Shown: positions 61,156 through 64,000 of the stretch, piece after piece
Layout of the letters: each line of letters begins with the position of its first letter
How positions within the stretch are numbered: the stretch's first letter is position 1
NCBI GenBank assembly: GCA_034679465.1
Contig: JAXDAV010000010.1
Location: forward strand, 1,963-65,962
Length of the DNA stretch: 64,000 nucleotides
Origin: Candidatus Aminicenantes bacterium
Lineage (GTDB): Bacteria; Acidobacteriota; Aminicenantia; Aminicenantales; Saccharicenantaceae
Direction: 5' to 3'
Program-made: the position numbers and the translations under genes
The notes under the pieces: generated by a model
What the model was told of the DNA's origin: nothing
Database searches by the model: none
What the model saw: the letters and a program-made list of their open reading frames with translations, nothing else

Positions 61156-62955
61156 ATGGCGGAATTCGAGGAGCTCCGGAAGAGAGCGGCAGCCCTGCCG
61201 GCCAAGCCCGGCATCTATTTCTTCAAGAACGCAGCGGGCGAGGTCGTCTATATCGGCAAGGCCCGCTCGCTCCGCGACCGCGTCCGCTCCTATTTCCTGG
61301 CCAACCCCGACATCAAGGTCCGCAACATTCTCCGCGAGACGGCCGACATCGACTGCGTCCTGACCGGCTCGGAGAAGGAAGCCGCCTTCCTCGAGAACAA
61401 CTACGTCCAGCAGCACCAGCCCCGCTTCAATCTCCGGCTCAAAGACGACAAGAGCTTCCCCTATCTCAGGCTCACGGCCGGCGAGACCTGGCCGGGCGTC
61501 TATTTCAGCCGGCGCGTCGAGCCGGACGGCTCCCGCTATTTCGGCCCCTTCAGCCCCGCCGGCCGGGCCCGCTCGTCCATCCACCTCGTCAACAAATACT
61601 TCCGCGTCCGCGGCTGCGAGGACGCCGTGTTCCGCGGCCGCAGGCGCCCCTGTCTCGAATACGAGCTCAAGCTCTGCGCGGCGCCCTGCGTCGGCGCGAT
61701 CTCCGAGGCCGACTACCGCGAGAACGTCGAGAACGCCTGCCTTTTCCTCGAAGGCCGCATGCCCGAGCTGGCCCGCACCCTCAAAGCGCGCATGGGGCGG
61801 GCGGCCGCCGAGGAGAAATTCGAGGAGGCGGCCCGCTGGCGCGACCTCCTGCGCACTATCGAGGACATCCGCGACCGGCCCGGCGCGATCTCCACGGCCC
61901 TCGAGGACCAGGACGTCGTCGGCCTGGCCCGCGACGGCGGGCGCGCGGCGGTCTACGTCTTCTTCATGCGCCAGGGCAAGATCCGGAATTCGGCCGCCCG
62001 GCTCCTCGACGCCCCCGCCGGGACCCCGGACGCCGAGGTTCTGGGCGCGTTCCTGGCCGGCTTCTACGCGGACCGCGATCTCCCACCGCGCCTGCTCCTG
62101 ACCGCGCGGCCGGCGCAATCGACCGGGCTCCAAGCCCTCCTCGGCTGGGCCAAGGTCCGCGTCGTCGTCCCCCGCGGCGGGAAGAACCGCAAGCTCGTCG
62201 AGATGGCCGGCCGCAACGCCGAAGCCTTCCTGCGCAAGCAGGCCGGCGAGGCCGGGCCCCTGGAGGAGCTGAAGGCCGCCCTCCGGCTTCCGGTTCTGCC
62301 GCGCGTGATAGAGGGATTCGACATCTCCAACACCGGCGGCGAGGAATCGGTCGGCTCGCTCGTCGTCTTCCGCGACGGACGGCCCGACAAGGACTCCTAC
62401 CGCAAGTTCCTCATCCGGACGGTCGAGGGGCCGAACGATGTGGCCAGCCTCGGCGAGGTCATCACCCGGCGCTATCGCAAGCTCCTCGACGCAGGGGCGC
62501 CCCTCCCCGACCTGATCATGGTGGACGGCGGCAAGCCCCAGCTCGGGGCGGCGGAGAAGGCGCTGGACGCCCTCGGCCTGTCCCGGCTCCCACTCGTGGC
62601 CCTCGCCAAGAAGGAGGAGCTCCTGTTCACGCCCGCGGCCCGCGAGGGCATCCGCCTCGACCGGACATCAGGCCCGCTCAAGCTCCTCCAGGCCGTTCGC
62701 GACGAGACGCACCGGTTCGCCATCGCCTTCCACCGCGGCCGCCGCGAGAAGAGGAGCTTCGCCTCGCTTCTCGACGGCATTCCCGGCCTCGGCCCGAAGA
62801 AGAAGTCGGCGCTCCTCGCCCGCTACGGCGGCCTCGAGGCCATCCGCGACGCCCCCCGCTCCGACCTCGACGCGCTCATCGGCGCCGCCGCGGCCAAAAA
62901 GGTCCTGGAGAGGCTGAGAACGGAGACGGCGGCCGCCGCCAAAGTCAGAGAATGA
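61156..62955 (+). CDS. uvrC: excinuclease ABC subunit C
   Basis: 599 aa. GIY-YIG (PGIYFFKNAAGEVVYIGKA), UVR domain (FEEAARWRD), and the C-terminal Endo V-like and HhH region. Confidence 0.95.
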   Translation: MAEFEELRKRAAALPAKPGIYFFKNAAGEVVYIGKARSLRDRVRSYFLANPDIKVRNILRETADIDCVLTGSEKEAAFLENNYVQQHQPRFNLRLKDDKSFPYLRLTAGETWPGVYFSRRVEPDGSRYFGPFSPAGRARSSIHLVNKYFRVRGCEDAVFRGRRRPCLEYELKLCAAPCVGAISEADYRENVENACLFLEGRMPELARTLKARMGRAAAEEKFEEAARWRDLLRTIEDIRDRPGAISTALEDQDVVGLARDGGRAAVYVFFMRQGKIRNSAARLLDAPAGTPDAEVLGAFLAGFYADRDLPPRLLLTARPAQSTGLQALLGWAKVRVVVPRGGKNRKLVEMAGRNAEAFLRKQAGEAGPLEELKAALRLPVLPRVIEGFDISNTGGEESVGSLVVFRDGRPDKDSYRKFLIRTVEGPNDVASLGEVITRRYRKLLDAGAPLPDLIMVDGGKPQLGAAEKALDALGLSRLPLVALAKKEELLFTPAAREGIRLDRTSGPLKLLQAVRDETHRFAIAFHRGRREKRSFASLLDGIPGLGPKKKSALLARYGGLEAIRDAPRSDLDALIGAAAAKKVLERLRTETAAAAKVRE

Positions 62956-64000
62956 GGCGGACGGCCCAGCTCAGGACGAGAGCGACCCCGACGCTGAGGC
63001 CGACCGATAGGACGGCCCACTTCCTTCCGATCTCCTTCCAGAGAATGGCGCAGGTCGACAGGCAGGGGATGAAGAAGCTGACGAAGACCGTGAAGACCAC
63101 GATCTGCTCGCGGCTGATGACCGTCATGAGGCTCTGGTAGTCGACGCCGAGCGCCTGGAGCATCATGATGAGCGACAGCTCCTTGCGCAGGAAGCCGAAG
63201 ACGAGGGTGACGCCGAGCTCCTGGGGCAGGCCGAGGCCCTTGACGACGAGCGGGGCCAGGACGCTGTTGATCCAGCCGTCGGCCCGGAAATAGCCCAGCA
63301 GGCTCAGGACGAGACTGCCGGCGATGAGGAGCGGCCAGGCGAACCTGATGAACGAGTGGACCTGGAGCCAGGTCTTGCGCAGGATGGCGCCCGGGCGGGG
63401 GGCCTTCAGAGAGGGGATCTCCAGGATGAGGCCCGGGGACGGCTCCTTGAGGAAACGGCTGATGATCCACCCCAGCAGGGCGACGATGAGGATATTCATG
63501 ACGTAGAAGCCCATGGCCCAGAGCGGGCCCAGGTAAAAGGCGACCAGGGCCAGGACGATCGTCGTCCGGGCCGAGCACGGAATGAAGGGGATGAGGAGCG
63601 ACGTCAAGACGCGGTCGCGGCGGGACTCGAGGATCCGGGTGGAGACGACGGCCGGGACGTTGCAGCCGAAGCCGAGGATAAACGGCGAGACCGATTTGCC
63701 GTGGAGCCCGATGCGGTGCATGAAGGCGTCGAGGAGGAAGCCCGCCCGGGCGAGATAGCCGAAATCCTCAAGGGCGGCCATCAGGAACAGGAGGGGCAGG
63801 AAATACGGCAGGACGATGGCCACGCCGCCGCCGATCCCCTGGATGAGCCCTTCGGCGAGGTGGAACAGGAGCCCGTCCCCGAGGCGCGCCGCCAGCGCGG
63901 CCATCAGCGCGTCGAAGGGCCCGAGCAGGAGCGTTTCGAGCGGGTTGCCGACCTTGAAGATGATGACGAAGAAGGCCACGAAGACCGCGGCCAGGATGAC
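62945..64000 (-). CDS. feoB: ferrous iron transporter FeoB, C-terminal membrane portion (5' end outside the window)
   Basis: Gate/nucleoside-recognition-type membrane motifs (LEDFGYLARAGFLLDAFMHRIGLHGKSVSPFILGFGCNVPAV; FIPCSARTTI). The frame remains open to the window edge, and the G-domain is expected upstream of 64000. It overlaps the uvrC 3' end by 11 nt (convergent). Confidence 0.85.
   Translation of the reverse strand, partial: VILAAVFVAFFVIIFKVGNPLETLLLGPFDALMAALAARLGDGLLFHLAEGLIQGIGGGVAIVLPYFLPLLFLMAALEDFGYLARAGFLLDAFMHRIGLHGKSVSPFILGFGCNVPAVVSTRILESRRDRVLTSLLIPFIPCSARTTIVLALVAFYLGPLWAMGFYVMNILIVALLGWIISRFLKEPSPGLILEIPSLKAPRPGAILRKTWLQVHSFIRFAWPLLIAGSLVLSLLGYFRADGWINSVLAPLVVKGLGLPQELGVTLVFGFLRKELSLIMMLQALGVDYQSLMTVISREQIVVFTVFVSFFIPCLSTCAILWKEIGRKWAVLSVGLSVGVALVLSWAVRLIL

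Overview
GC-rich bacterial chromosomal window (about two-thirds G+C by eye, not computed), densely coding with many 4-nt start/stop overlaps (ATGA/GTGA). I see no rRNA, CRISPR array, transposase or integrase. I call about 57 CDS, 1 interrupted gene, 2 tRNAs (Leu-CAA, Gly-CCC) and several small inverted-repeat elements.

Gene content in order:
- thioredoxin / CXXC / polyferredoxin triad
- large secreted papain-like protease
- xylB, a URO-D-like gene, a glutamine synthetase and a NamZ-like gene
- an operon of three exported PI3/PI4-kinase-like domains (one fused to a PPP-type phosphatase) plus an ATP/ADP-translocase-like carrier
- a convergent partner-switching operon (STAS, FHA-GAF-PP2C, RsbW-like kinase) with a second TLC-like carrier fused to HEAT repeats
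- two APC permeases and a CzcCBA-type efflux system
- a translationally coupled operon of three SDR epimerase paralogs, a PAP2_C-like gene and a CPBP protease interrupted by an in-frame TGA
- CocE/NonD hydrolase
- ispH, a polyprenyl synthase, a PilZ gene and a putative class IB (YtpB-like) terpene synthase
- MacAB-type ABC exporter and an OmpA-family protein
- two divergent ECF sigma/anti-sigma modules with HtrA and LiaF/DUF4097-like proteins
- lipoate ligase, bactofilin, uvrB, uvrC and a partial feoB

Most unusual:
- The exported kinase-like / phosphatase / nucleotide-carrier operon is my best candidate for an undescribed system.
- The transporter sits inside a partner-switching module.
- There is a putative large-terpene cluster.
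- At least three families of MITE-like inverted-repeat elements supply stop codons, C-terminal tails or start codons to flanking genes.

All functional calls come from motif recognition by eye; no searches were run.
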